Notes: generated by a model from the letters alone, not told the origin. Counted from the whole stretch's first letter, positions 38,691 to 50,574 are shown. The stretch is DNA of 63,964 nt, filler included, from Saprolegnia diclina VS20 (GCF_000281045.1; 13 parts of 3 records of this genome joined end to end with filler, not necessarily neighbours in it); one strand, 5' to 3'. Program-made: numbers and translations.

Positions 38691-38796
38691 GTGAAAAGTA
38701 GTGTGAAAAGTGTGAAACGTAGTGTGCAAAGTGTGCAAAGTAGTGTAAAAAGTGTGAAACGTAGTGTGCAAAGTGTGAGAAGTAGTGTAAAAAGTG
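38691..38796. repeat. Minisatellite, 21-bp unit (GTAGTGTRMAAAGTGTGMRAM), ~5 copies, with 42-bp higher-order alternation
   Basis: Units start at 38698, 38719, 38740, 38761 and 38782. Confidence 0.9.
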
Positions 38797-39569
38797 GCGC
38801 AACGAGCCACAGCATTCTCATCAGTATGCATGCAGTCGGATATTCGCTAGGATAGATCCAAGTGGGATAAATCCAACTGCCAGGATAACAAGGCCTTTGC
38901 GGAGTCGATACCTCGAACGTCGATGTGGGATAGCGTACGTCGCAGTAGCAAGCGTTGCTTCAGATGCTGGATGCGTCGTGGACGGTGCTGGGCGAGACGA
39001 CGTGGCGTCTCGCTCATATAGAGTCCAATACAGTGTTTGCTTGGAGTAGTAGTACAGTGCACGCCTGCACGTGGCGCCTCTTGGTGCTGCAAGCTGCTCG
39101 TGCTTGCGGAGCCCTTCCTCCTATGTTGGAAGCACTTTGAGTGCGTTTGTCGGCTGAACGTCGACCGTGACGAGCGACGACGAAGACCCGCTCCCCGCTT
39201 TTCCCTTCTGGTCCTTTCAGGCGACAGCTCGTCGAATTGAGGTATAGCACTGCGTAGAAATTCGCAATCTCCTTCTTCTGCCTTTGCTCGCCGGGCGGTG
39301 GCGGCGGCGCGTCTTGCTCTTATGTAGTCGCCCGGAGGCGCTTGTGGCTTCGATGAAGCTCATGACGACACGCTCCAGGCTTCGCCATCACTGGCAAAGC
39401 TACGCAGTTTCTTGAGGTCCTCGAGAGACGCCCATGACGAAGGCGGCGGCAGCGACTGGAGGTCGCGGTCCAAGACGATCGGCAACGTGCCCTTGATGGC
39501 CTACAGTATGGGGTGCCCGGGCGGGGGAGGTTGGCAATGTGCAATGTGTATAGAGTACAATAATTCGAG

Positions 39570-40135
39570 TTAAAAATCGTCTTGGTAAAAGAGCGTTTGA
39601 TTCAGGCCCGTAAAGCCCACAAAGATAGAGAGGAGCCCGTTCGATTTCCGCACCTCGACCGGGTATTGCTCGGCGCGAATGTCTTCGGTGACGAGGCAGT
39701 CGCCGGACAGCAGCACGAACGGCCACTTGTGGCGCGGGCACGAGATGCACAGCATGCGGTCGATCTCTTCAATGTCGCCCAGGGCAAGGTTGCCGCCCGC
39801 GTGCGGGCACATCTGCTGGATCGCAAAGAGCCGCTTGCCATGGCGAAAGAGCGCAATCGCCTTCTCGTTGACGACAACGGGCGTGCCCAGCTGGATACGG
39901 TCGCGCTTCTTGACGCGCTTCATGCCCGTCACATTGTACTCGTACTCGGGCATATGGTCCTTGGCATCGATCACGTCTAAGACACAGCGCGTCGTCAATC
40001 TCGTCGTGTCCTGCCATCGTCGCAGCTCGTACTATCGGGATGGATGCAGGTATCGAACCAGAGCATGTCGGGCAAGTTATTGTCGGGCGCGGGCTTGGCA
40101 AGGCCCTTGGGCGTGAGGAGACCAGGCGGGAACAT
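39570..40135 (-). CDS. Rieske [2Fe-2S] domain protein (RFESD-like soluble ferredoxin)
   Basis: CPHAGG.L..GDIEE....CISCPRHKWPF.L.SG gives the CxH...CxxH Rieske ligands; the first exon and start are approximate. Confidence 0.85.
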
Positions 40136-40490
40136 GCAAGGCGAGGGCTCGCGACGGTGCGAGGCAGCAGGTCGGTCCGGTCGGTCCCAAGCCGTCGCCG
40201 CCGAAATGGCCGCTGGCGCAAAGGTCCGCCACAATCCGGATACCATTGTCCATATCCGGATGATGGTTGTGGATGTTTGAAACCTGGTTTTAAACAGTGT
40301 TGGAAACAGTGTTGGAAACGACGGCGCCGCTTCGAGCCCATCAACCGGCAGCTTTTTCTTTGGCGCGACCCATGCGCCTTCACACCGACAGCAGGGTCGT
40401 CGACAACCCCTTCGGTTCCATACAGCGCATATCGTTGTCTCGTCGATGTCGAGTGCGATCTAATGTTGCATTCTATCTTGATTTCTCGAC

Positions 40491-43400
40491 CTATTTTTCG
40501 GTCAAGGCGCGGTAGCCCTGCCAGGCACTCGGCGCTTGGCCGTGGTGCTCGGCCATGACCCGCAGCAGCGCTTTCGACGGTCCATCGGTCGGCGCAAAAC
40601 AGAGCGCGTGTTCAATCTGCAGCGTCGCTTCTGGCCAGTTGCCTTCCAAATACTTGGCGACACCCGAGTCGAACGCAATGCGAAACTCAACCGGCATGCG
40701 CGCTTGGAGCTTCTGGAGGTCGTCAACGCAGCTGAGCGCGTTCGTTGCGTGGGCGCCAAGGTCGTCGTAGATGTCAAACGTGTAGAGCGAGAGCGGCTTC
40801 TCGCTGCCCTTGACCGTCACGCAGTCAATCAGTCGGCACATGGCTTGGACCGGCGCCGAAAGCAGTTTGTGAAAGGTATGGGACACGAGCAGCGTGACGC
40901 CAAACTGCTTGGTCGCCCCTTCGAGACGCGACGACATGTTGACGTCCGGGCTCAAGTACGATGCGTCAATCTTGTAGCGCGACCCGATCGCGCCCTCAAT
41001 GGCCCAGCCCACGTGCAACCCAAACCCCATTGGATGGTCCTTGGGCAAAACATGGGCATAGGCCTTGAGCGACTCGGCATCGTGCATTTCGAGCTGGACT
41101 TTCAAGAACGAGATGAGCGCCTTGTCGGCGATCGTGAGCTTGCCGCGCTGCCGCATGTTGTCGCTCTCCATGACGGTCAGTAACGAGTTCTTCTTGGGCG
41201 ACATGTGCTGCGGTGTTTGATTGCCGTTGACAAGAGCATATTCGATCGACGTCGCGGGCACCTTCCACACCAATAGAAAGGCTTGGCCAATGTTCTTGTT
41301 GGCATGGCCGTTGAGCGCGTGGACGTGCCGGTGGACGACATCACCAATGAGGTTTGTGAACGTCATGATCTCTTCCTTGAGCTTCTCGGTCGCATCGGCA
41401 AAGTCCCGGATGCTGCAAAAGCCAAAGATCGCATAGACCTTTTTGCCTTCGGCCATCGGGTTGAGGTCGCCTTCGAGCATGTTGCCCGAGAGAATCTCGG
41501 CGCCGGCTTCGCCAAACCCAATTTGAATCAAAGACGCGATTTTCGCCAGTGTGTTCTGGAGCAGTAAGATCTCATTTGAAGCTTCGCCGGCCAAGCATGG
41601 AATCGAACGAAGCGGGTTGATTGCGAGACGCTGGACGACATGAAGCATGCTCTCGATCGGGTGGATCACAGTGGTATAGGTCTCGTAGTCGAGGTACAGC
41701 ACCGACACCATGACGCAGAGAAAGCAGAGCAGCGTGCTCAGCGCGCTCCATTGCGCCGACTGCACGCGGGATGCCGTCACGTCAAAGAGCGCAGTCGAGA
41801 GACACTCGCCGGGCGATGCAGTGCGCGTCGAGAGGGTCGTGACGAGCAAAGACGGGTCGCAGCCAAAGACTTGGACGCTCTCGAGCTGGTCGTACCGATA
41901 CTGCGCCAGCAAGGTTGCATCGTTGGTCGCAAGCACACCGTTGGTCGACGACTCGATCGTTGCCGCCGAGACGTTGTACAGCTGAAGAAATATCGGCGTC
42001 AAGGTCGTCACGAACAACGCCAAGTCGGCCTGGAGCACCGACGCGGACGCGTTGGTCAAGGCACTCGCATGCAGACTCTCGAGGCTGTACGAGTAGACGT
42101 CTCGGTCAGCGTCAGCTTCCCAGATCAGCGGCGGCACCACAATCAAAACCAAGAGCACCAACACCAGAATACGCTTGATGACAATGTCGCTGAGTTCCCG
42201 GCCAACCTAGCCATTCATGTTGCAACTTGATACATTGATAGATTGATACATGCATACCATGCGCTCGGCCGCGGGCCGCGGCGCCGCATCCATAAACAAG
42301 TCGGGGGCGCCGTCGTGCTTGAGCTCCATATGGCGAATGCCACGAGCAAACGACCCGCGTGAAATGCCGATGCGGGGCGCGGACCGCGCATGGGCAAACT
42401 CGACGAACGACGACTTGCTCGCATGCGACGGCGTGAAGTACGCAAGCACATTGCGGGCTGCGTGGGGCGGCACGTCGATCCCGTTGTACGCCTCGGCGAC
42501 GAGCCGCTCGATCGCCGCGGGCCGGACCACATCGGACGTCCGTGACGCAAGCCGTGTAAAGAGCCGGGCAATGTCCCGCCGCGAGAACGCCATCGGTGTC
42601 GATCGGTCGTCGTCGACGTCGGACGCTGTCTCGGACGCAGCAACGGACGGTGTCGACGGCGGTGCATGGGCAAAGAGGCGGAAGAGAAGCAGCGGCACGG
42701 CGTGGACCGCGCGGAGGACTCTTGCGACGCGCACAATCCGCGGCTGCAGCAATTCGGGCAAGACGATTCCAAAGCAAATGTTGTAGGTCGCGTGCGGCCC
42801 ATAATTGCACACTTCAAGCACAATGGAAATCGCAGTTGCGATGTCCAAAAAGCTGAAAAAGCTGCCACAATACATGTGGTCGGCGAGCGCGGTTAGCGTC
42901 ATATCGGCCAGCACGACCACAAGCAAAGTGAGCAAGAATGCATTGAGGGCCATGTCGGCGGCGTGGGACGTGGCCATCTCGCGCACGCTGGGCTCGATCA
43001 CGAGGTAGATGGAGACCAGTGCCAACGACACAAGGTACGCCGGGTGGTAGCAAAGCCGCTTGGCCCAGACGTACTCGCGGCGATGAAGCGACGCGTCGCC
43101 CGAGTCCTTTTGCTCTTGCATTTTCGTCCACTCAGCCGTTAGGTTGGTCTCGACTGCGATCGCTCGAATGATGACGCGCTGCTCGAGGGTGAGCTCGTCT
43201 TCCCGCTTGGCTTCCCAGTGACGGATGTTGGTCAAGGCGTGCGTCACCGTCTCGGCCGCCAATGGAAAGAGCGCTTGCAGAATTGTAAAGCACGGGAGGA
43301 CCGCAAAGTTGATGAATTTGATTTGGAGCTCCGGCACCATGGTCGTGGTTGCGTCGCAGTTGGGCGAGACCGGCATGCCGCGTCGCTTCTCGGCTTGGCC

Positions 43401-44451
43401 TTGCTCGAAAAACTCTCTATACCATTTTGGGTTGAAACCTTGATACAAAACGATAGAAGTACTGGGTGATGAGGGACGCCCAGCGCTCGGCAGTCTTCCA
43501 TGGCTTGGCCGCATTACTCAAGTCGGCGCAATGCAAAAAGAACGAGCAGAGCACGCGCGTGTCGTCGGCGCATAACGGACTCTGTCGGGCGTGTACGAGC
43601 GACTGCATATGCTTGAGTAAGCCATCGTGCTGCGCCATGTCGGTATTGAGAATGCACGCCATCAAGAGCTTCTCGAGCTGCACTTGGGTCGTTGGCCGGA
43701 ACTGGCCCAGGAGCCGGTGTTTGGTCACGAGTCGCCGCGTCTCGGCGGCATGCATGCGCTCGAGCACGCCCCAGACCTTGACGCTGGTCGTGGCGAGCGC
43801 CGAGGCCGACCCGTCGCCATATTCGAGTGCATACGCATGCTTGGCGACGACGATGTAGTGGTTGGTGACGCCGGGGTGGTGGATGTCGTGACCAAGCGCG
43901 GCAATGAGCGTGATGGCTTTCTCGACCGGCCCGAGGATCGGGTCCAATGGCTCGATAAAGTGCAGCATCGCAAAGAGCGTCTGGGTGACGTCCATGGCGT
44001 GGGTAAAGTTGTGGTAGTAGCGGTGGAACGGCAGGTCCGGTGCCTCGACGTACCCGAGCTTGACGTCGTTCATAAAGAGGTTGAGCGCGTCGAACGAGAC
44101 GTCGAGGGCGGCGTAGGCCCCGACGATGCCAAAGATGGTCTGGAGGTTATCCATTTGCCGCAAATGGTTGGTCTCGAGGCCTGCGTCAAAGTCCCAGCGC
44201 ATCAACTGCGACGAGTGCTGGCTCGCGATGCTCTTGCGGCTCGAGAGGCGGTCGGGCGCGACGCGACCCGAGAGCGTCTTGGACGACGACGCGCGCAGCC
44301 ACGTGAACGGCGCGAGAAGGATCGACTTGAGCGCGGGCGGCGCCGGTAGGTTGCCCGAGTCGGTCGACGGGCGCAAGGCCGGCGGTAGCCCGAGGTCGAC
44401 CGTGTCAAAGCCCGACGGCTCGTTCCGTGGCGTCACCTTGCCACTGTGCAT
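40491..44451 (-). CDS. Fusion protein: class I cyclic-nucleotide phosphodiesterase + voltage-sensor-like TM module + class III adenylyl cyclase-like domain + TPR-like tail (~1287 aa); introns 43417-43462 and 42207-42257
   Basis: PDE: YHNFTHA, HDIHHPGVTN, LERMH, ILNTDMAQH, LHCADLSN..KPW, EFFEQG..EK, Q..FI. TM region with RIVRVARVLR. Cyclase: GFGEAG..I, GKKVYAIFGFCSIRDF, ANKNIGQAFLLVWK, GFGLHVGWAIEGAIGSRYKIDASYLSP.VNMSSRLE. Removing two GT-AG introns gives one frame of 3864 nt. Confidence 0.88.
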
Positions 44452-44752
44452 GGAGGTCGCCGCGACGAGAATGACCGGCTCGCCGACGCTTGCAATGCAA
44501 AGTCGGATGCCATTGGCGGATATTTCCGCACAAGATCGTTTTTCCGCCAATCCCATGACGACCATTGAAACGTTGCGGCGGAGAACGATGACGTTGCGAA
44601 GCGTTGCAGCGCGTATCCTTCGCGATCTTGCTGACAAAACTCGTGCGAGAAGAACCAAAGCGATATACGATCAGAGTCATGGGTGCATATATATCAACAC
44701 GTCGAAATGATATCCTAGACACACACATGTCGTAGAAAGCCCTTCGTTACTT

Positions 44753-44852
44753 TCAAAGTCAAAATGGGTGCCACGTGAGTTGAATCGACACTCAACCACG
44801 GGTCAAAGTCAAAATGGGTGCCAATTGTGTTGAATCTACACTCAACCATGAC
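44753..44852. repeat. 50-bp tandem duplication upstream of the PDE-cyclase gene
   Basis: TCAAAGTCAAAATGGGTGCCA....G.GTTGAATC.ACACTCAACCA.. occurs twice (44753-44802 and 44803-44852). Confidence 0.85.
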
Positions 44853-45897
44853 CCATGACTCAACCGATGCATGGTGTGTACTTTGGATGTCATCTACAAG
44901 GCAACGAATCGAGTTTTGAGACTAGAGTTGATGGTTCAATCGAAAGTGCGTGAAGCTAGTCGAATCGACTTGTCTACAGCACTTAGGCGAGAGATAAGCC
45001 ACTCTACTAAACCACTACGAGCATGACTAGGCTTTGACCAATGTCACTTCCCAACGGCTGACACGATTCGTCTCCTAGACACGTAGACGTTAACAGCAAC
45101 AACGACAGCGCAGTGACGCTGGGCTATTGTCGTGATAGCGCTGTTCGCAAGCATGCGGCCATCGACTCAATCGCACGATGGCTTCTAGATTCTAGATTCT
45201 AGATTCGATTCCAGTCCGGCCCATCGGGCTTCCTACGAAAAATCGCGGGATATCTAAAATCAATCGCGGAGCTCAGTCGTGGTGATGATATCTGCGTGAA
45301 TTTTAGCCAATCCAAGCGCCTTCTTATGTGCTTTAAGGCGGCTACTGGTCGAAATACACCGTAATCTATGGCTTTTTCATCAAAAGCTTCGCCTGATTGG
45401 TTGAAAGGCAGCACGAGCAACTCAAGCCGCATCACTGCACTTGAAAGCCAGGCTCCACCTCTGTCAACGTGCTGAAGACCTTTTAACCTCTTTCTCCTCT
45501 TTCTTTGTATATCGTGTACGTAAACTTTATGATCCCCATTTTACGTATTATAATACATCGAGCCCGCAAAATAGGGTAACATTCAACACAAAACGAGCTC
45601 TTTCATGCATTCGAGTGGCATCAATTGGCTTCAATTTGTGAAAGGTTGTTGAGAAAAGGGTATCTCATTTTCCTGCCTATGCGAGACGGTGGGCATACGA
45701 GTTACATATGTCATTAGCTAGCTTAGGGTTCGGTGCTTGCGATCGTAGAGACATCATGGCTTGCTGTTCGTGGTACGCTCTCCAGTGTCGACTGCTTGAT
45801 GGCGAGTACTTCGGCAAAGCGCGTGTCGAGCTCGGCTTGGATCGCACTCGCCGAGTGCCCCATGCGCGTCCAAATACGAACCTAGTACAATATAGTT

Positions 45898-47793
45898 TCA
45901 ATAATACCGAAGAATAAACAATATACGACAGTAAGAGGAGCACCTGTCGAAAATAGTCGTCGTGGAGCTCGGCCGCGCAAATCGAGCCAATCCGCGTGTC
46001 TTCGTAGAGCGCGATTTCCCGCAAGTGATCGAGACCGTAGGCACTAGACACATGTCGCATAACCCTATCCCTCCTACAAACGAGAGTACTTGTTGAGGAG
46101 CGCGCAGCACTGGGTCGGGTCGGCGCGGTTGCTCTGGATGAGCGTCTGCAAGGCGTTGATCGTCGCCGATGTCGATGAGAGATACACAAGGTGCGGCCAG
46201 GCTTCCGTCTTGACGTGCGTCAGGGCCGCGGCTTCCGACTGCGGCATCGTCGCGTGGCCTTTTGCAGCCAAAAGATGCGCCATGTACGCGTAGTGCTCGG
46301 GCGACGAATCAATCACAATGGTTGCGTCTTCTACACACTCTGTCGCCACTCTGTTCTTAGGGTGATGACACGACGTACGTGGCAGTTTGTGAGCCCACTT
46401 CAGCAAGGCAAGCATCACGATGGCCTTGGCGTCAATGAACACGTCGCACTCGTTCTTGGCGTCCAAGCGCGCACGCAGTGGCACTTGCTGCTCCACTTGG
46501 AGCGAGTCCCCGAGGATGACGCGCAGCGACCGAAACGGGCGCTCGATCCGCGCGGCGGCCGCTCGCTCGATCAAGCGAAAGCCCTGCGACGCCTCTTCAA
46601 TGCTCAGATCGGGTTGCGTGCTGGGCATGAGGTGGAAGGCTTCTTCGGCGCGAGTGACGTCGGCTTCCATCGTCAAAATGAGCTTCCCGGTCGTCGTCTT
46701 GAGCATATAGCGCTTGTCGATGCGCAGGCCTGTCCACGAGTGGCGAAATCCGTACTTGCCGCCGGGCACATGCCAGACACACGGAAACTTGCCATTGTGC
46801 GACCACAGCGAGATGAGGTAGCGCATCCTAAGAACCATACACAGTACAGTGTCGTCGCTAGATGAGACAACGCATAGTCTACTTGTGGGGGTCCTTGAAG
46901 ACGGGCAGCATGTGGGCACCGTACCGGGCCATCGACACCTCGGTTGCGTCGCTGGCCGTGCCCGTGAGGCGAATGATGCGCTCTTTGACGCCGTGCAGCG
47001 GCGGCTCCTTGCCCGAGCACACGTTCTTCGAGTAGTCGCGCGAGACACGCATGGCCCCGCCCATGATGCCAAGCCCCTACGCATAATGAGCATGTTGGTA
47101 GCGATGGCATCCGACAGGAAGGTCTCTACCTGGGCGATCAGCATGAAGCCCGCAACGAGCGCGCGTTGGGTGCGCAGACCGAGGATCGTCAGCATGCGCT
47201 GCGCGTCGTCGGGCGTATCGGCAAACTCGTGCAGGATCTACCGCTGTATGAGCACAAATACGAGGTGAGAAAGAACAAGGAACCTCGTGTGGGTCCAACC
47301 CCAGCGCCCGCGCAACCAACGCCGGCGGCTTTGTGTCCCAGATGCAGCTCGACGCAAAGTTCTCGTACGCATACTCGACCATAAACGCTATTGCGTAGTT
47401 GTCATGCTGGCGATACGCGTGCAAGTACGAGTCGTCGAGAAGGTACGCGGCTTCGAGGCCGCCGATGCCCAGCACGAGCGTGCAGCACGACCCGAGCACG
47501 GCCAATGGCGTCGGCTGCAAGACGTGGGCGAGCGTGCGCAGCGTGAGACGCTCGAGCACCTGCAGCGAGTGGTTCAGCGACCGCTTGTCGCGGTCCAGCG
47601 CCGACGCAGGAAACTCGAGCGCCGGCTTCCAGAGCGCGTCCTGGAGCCGCGCCGCCTTCTTGGCCGCGAGCACGCTTGGCGGCGGCGTCGGCGGGTCCTT
47701 GGCGAGGAGCTTCTGGAGCACGCCCGTCGACGCGCGGACCCATGATGCGCCCATGGACGTCCAGAGCGCCCGACGGTTGCCGTGCTGCAGCAT
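45898..47793 (-). CDS. Hypothetical multi-exon protein
   Basis: Consecutive coding-like minus-strand ORFs (47077..47886, 46879..47064, 46074..47195) separated by short intron-like segments; no domain recognised; ends approximate. Confidence 0.55.
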
Positions 47794-47859
47794 GCTATGT
47801 GTTTCAATTGGAACGGTGGGTGCATAAAAATGCAACCAGGCATAAAAGAACGGCCCAAC

Positions 47860-47900
47860 GAGCATTCTTTTAATCCCTTTGAGCATTCTTTTAATCCCTT
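47860..47900. repeat. 21-bp tandem duplication GAGCATTCTTTTAATCCCTT(T)
   Basis: Read directly from the sequence. Confidence 0.85.
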
Positions 47901-49846
47901 CGTGTTCTTTTATTGCGCGGTGCTCTTTTATTCGGAGGATTGCGATCCTCCATCATTATTTGATCTTTAGCACGAGCTTGTCGATCGATTCGAGTACATT
48001 TATACTGTAGTGTTGAGCAGCTACAGCGCAATGAGCCAGCAAGCGGCATATCTCGCCACAATCTAGGCTCGGAGCAGTCGGGCCTACACCCTGTGGACCA
48101 TATGCATTCATGTTAGATATTGCACTCTTCTGTCGGGTGGTCCGAGTCCAGGAGCCTGCGTACGACCTCGCGCGAGCTATGACTCGGCGAGTGGGGTTTA
48201 CCACGGGAGTAACGCGGAACACATTCATATATATATATGGAACACTCTATATCTCGACGTTGGGTCGTACCGAATCGTCGGTCAGCATTTCGGCAGGGTG
48301 TGTGTCGGACCGACGACGATTCTACACGATAGTGTAGAAAGGCCTCGTCGGTTTGAATGATACCACGAAATGTATGGTGAAAGCAGTGCACTCAGGCACC
48401 ACTGGGATCGCGCTCAATGACATGAAAACGAGGCAACTTTGCTTGATGCTTTGCAGCCCTAACCACACCGTGCATGCCACAACTATCGACGTATCCGGCG
48501 CGCTCTGTACGAGTCGCATTCGTCTCAGAAAGGCTCACCAGCGCTACGTGGTCCTAGGGGCAGTCGTTATGAATGGCACGCGTCACGTTTGGGATGTTCT
48601 CTGCTTCAAGCGAAGGCGTCGATCAACCTGCAGCGTGCGATCCCAGGCAATAACCTCCTCGGGTTCAACAATTGTGCAAACTTTCATCGATTTCGTGTTT
48701 GCCAGCATCGATCTCTCGTGATGAGCCGATATGCCATTTCTCGCCTCCAACAAAGCTCCAACATTGGAGCAGCCCCAGTNNNNNNNNNNNNNNNNNNNNN
48801 NNNNNNNNNNNNNNNNNNNNNNNTTAATTAATTAANNNNNNNNNNNNNNNNNNNNNNNNNNNNNNNNNNNNNNNNNNNNATGCACCAATCACAACCCTGT
48901 GATATTTACGGTGCAAACGACGAAATACCGGAGTTTTGATAACGACGCGCCAAAGCAAACGATAACGTTTGGACGACGATGGTGGCCTCGAGCGGGAAGT
49001 AATACAAGACGAGTGCACGCGCATCGAACATAGCGTCCAGCGCTGACAAAGTCCACTCTCGTACCATTCGTTTCAAACCGAACACGCACCTGGTCGCTCG
49101 TTGCTATGTATCCGCTGGCGGTGTACACCGTACTTTCTACATGAAAATCCCAAGCGGTGCACTGGCTCACCGCTCCTCCTCGCTCGCATCCCGCGCTGCT
49201 GCTTGGAGCGTGAGATGGCACTTGTGCAACATGAGATTGCCTTTTGCTGCCGAGTGGACTTGAGAATACTACAAATCTGGGTCGCGCGACGTGTCCAAGG
49301 ATTGGTTGTCGTTGCAGCTGCGTCGTCGTCGGGGTTGTTGCAGCGGGTCGTCAGCGCAATGCTAGAGGCTGCTTCTTCCTACTATAGTACGCAGCACGTC
49401 GATGAATCCGCGTGACGCGCCCGCCCTGCGCGGTGAGTATGGGCGCCATGTGGAGGCGAAGTAAAATAATATTCTTGTCGTAGGTATGTACATACGAATC
49501 CAGATATATTTCTGAGGTCAATAAAACCTAGCCATTGTATTTCACGTCCACGATCGAACCACGCACGCTGTTTCTTGAACTGGTTTGAATACAAATTCCG
49601 AGTCATTCGGCTCCAAACGAATTAAATTGCGTCAAATGAGTCGGTTCGCGTAGCGTTCGTTGGGATTTGACTTGGAGTTTGTATGGACAGAGGGCCAGTG
49701 TGGCTGATACACACCCTATTACTACGCCAGGGCGCCGGCGCTCATTTCTATTGAGGGCGTCAAGCCAGGCCCGTCATTTGACCTTGCAGCCTTGCGGTAG
49801 CCGACTCCACCGACTCTAGCCCCGAGTACCTACCTACACAGACCCA

Positions 49847-49892
49847 TGGCCAAGACCCCGCTAGCGCTCCTCGCAGGGCTCGCGCTCGCGGC
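49847..49892 (+). CDS. Start of a putative secreted protein (signal peptide), truncated by gap
   Basis: MAKTPLALLAGLALA runs into the N gap. Confidence 0.35.
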
Positions 49893-49992
49893 NNNNNNNN
49901 NNNNNNNNNNNNNNNNNNNNNNNNNNNNNNNNNNNNTTAATTAATTAANNNNNNNNNNNNNNNNNNNNNNNNNNNNNNNNNNNNNNNNNNNN

Positions 49993-50574
49993 CTCATGCA
50001 GGACTTCAAGACCGGCTACCTCGTCGGTGCGTCGGCCAAGTCGATGATTGTCGCGCAGATCTTTGGTGCTTGCATGTCGTGCCTCATCGTGCCGACGGTG
50101 TGGGTGGTCATGAACCAGGCGTTCACGATCCCGGGCGACGTCATCACGGCGCCGTACGGTGAGATCTACCGCACGCTCGCGATTACGGCGTCGGTCGGCC
50201 TCTCGGGTCTACCCAAGTACTGCGGCTACTTCATGCTCATTGGTGCCATCTACACGGTGCTCTTCAACCTTCTCATTGACACGTGCTCCGAGTCCAAGAA
50301 CAAGGTCGTCCGCGTCATCGCCAACTACTGCCCCGTGCCGATGGCCGTCGCCATTGGTATGATCGTGCCCGCGTACTTTGGCCTCGAGGGTATGATCATG
50401 GCTGCGATCATTGGCTACTGGCGCACGGTCGACTGCCCGGGTTTCGAGAAAGCGCAGTACGTCCTCGCTGCCGGTATGCTCACGGGCGAAGGTTTCTCGG
50501 TGCTGACGCAGATCGTCGTCTCGATCGCTGGCGCCGAAGCCCCGATGAAGATCACGTACGCCAACGCCCACTAG
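49993..50574 (+). CDS. OPT-family (YSL-clade-like) oligopeptide/metal-chelate transporter, C-terminal part
   Basis: LMQDFKTGYLVGAS.KSMIVAQIFG, APYGEIYR, P.PMAVAIG, LAAGMLTGEG. Confidence 0.88.
   Translation, partial: LMQDFKTGYLVGASAKSMIVAQIFGACMSCLIVPTVWVVMNQAFTIPGDVITAPYGEIYRTLAITASVGLSGLPKYCGYFMLIGAIYTVLFNLLIDTCSESKNKVVRVIANYCPVPMAVAIGMIVPAYFGLEGMIMAAIIGYWRTVDCPGFEKAQYVLAAGMLTGEGFSVLTQIVVSIAGAEAPMKITYANAH

Noticed and set aside
38523..38831. His/Thr-rich repeat ORF (HTTFHTF...) as a metal-binding peptide
   Set aside because: Translation of the 21-bp minisatellite; overlaps the POLE2 start out of frame.
44753..44852. CRISPR-like repeat with dyad symmetry
   Set aside because: Only two adjacent units, no unique spacers, no cas genes, eukaryotic context.
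47956..49400. Possible transposase ('IIQTDE') or gene fragments around the gap
   Set aside because: Single weak motif without supporting catalytic residues or TIRs.
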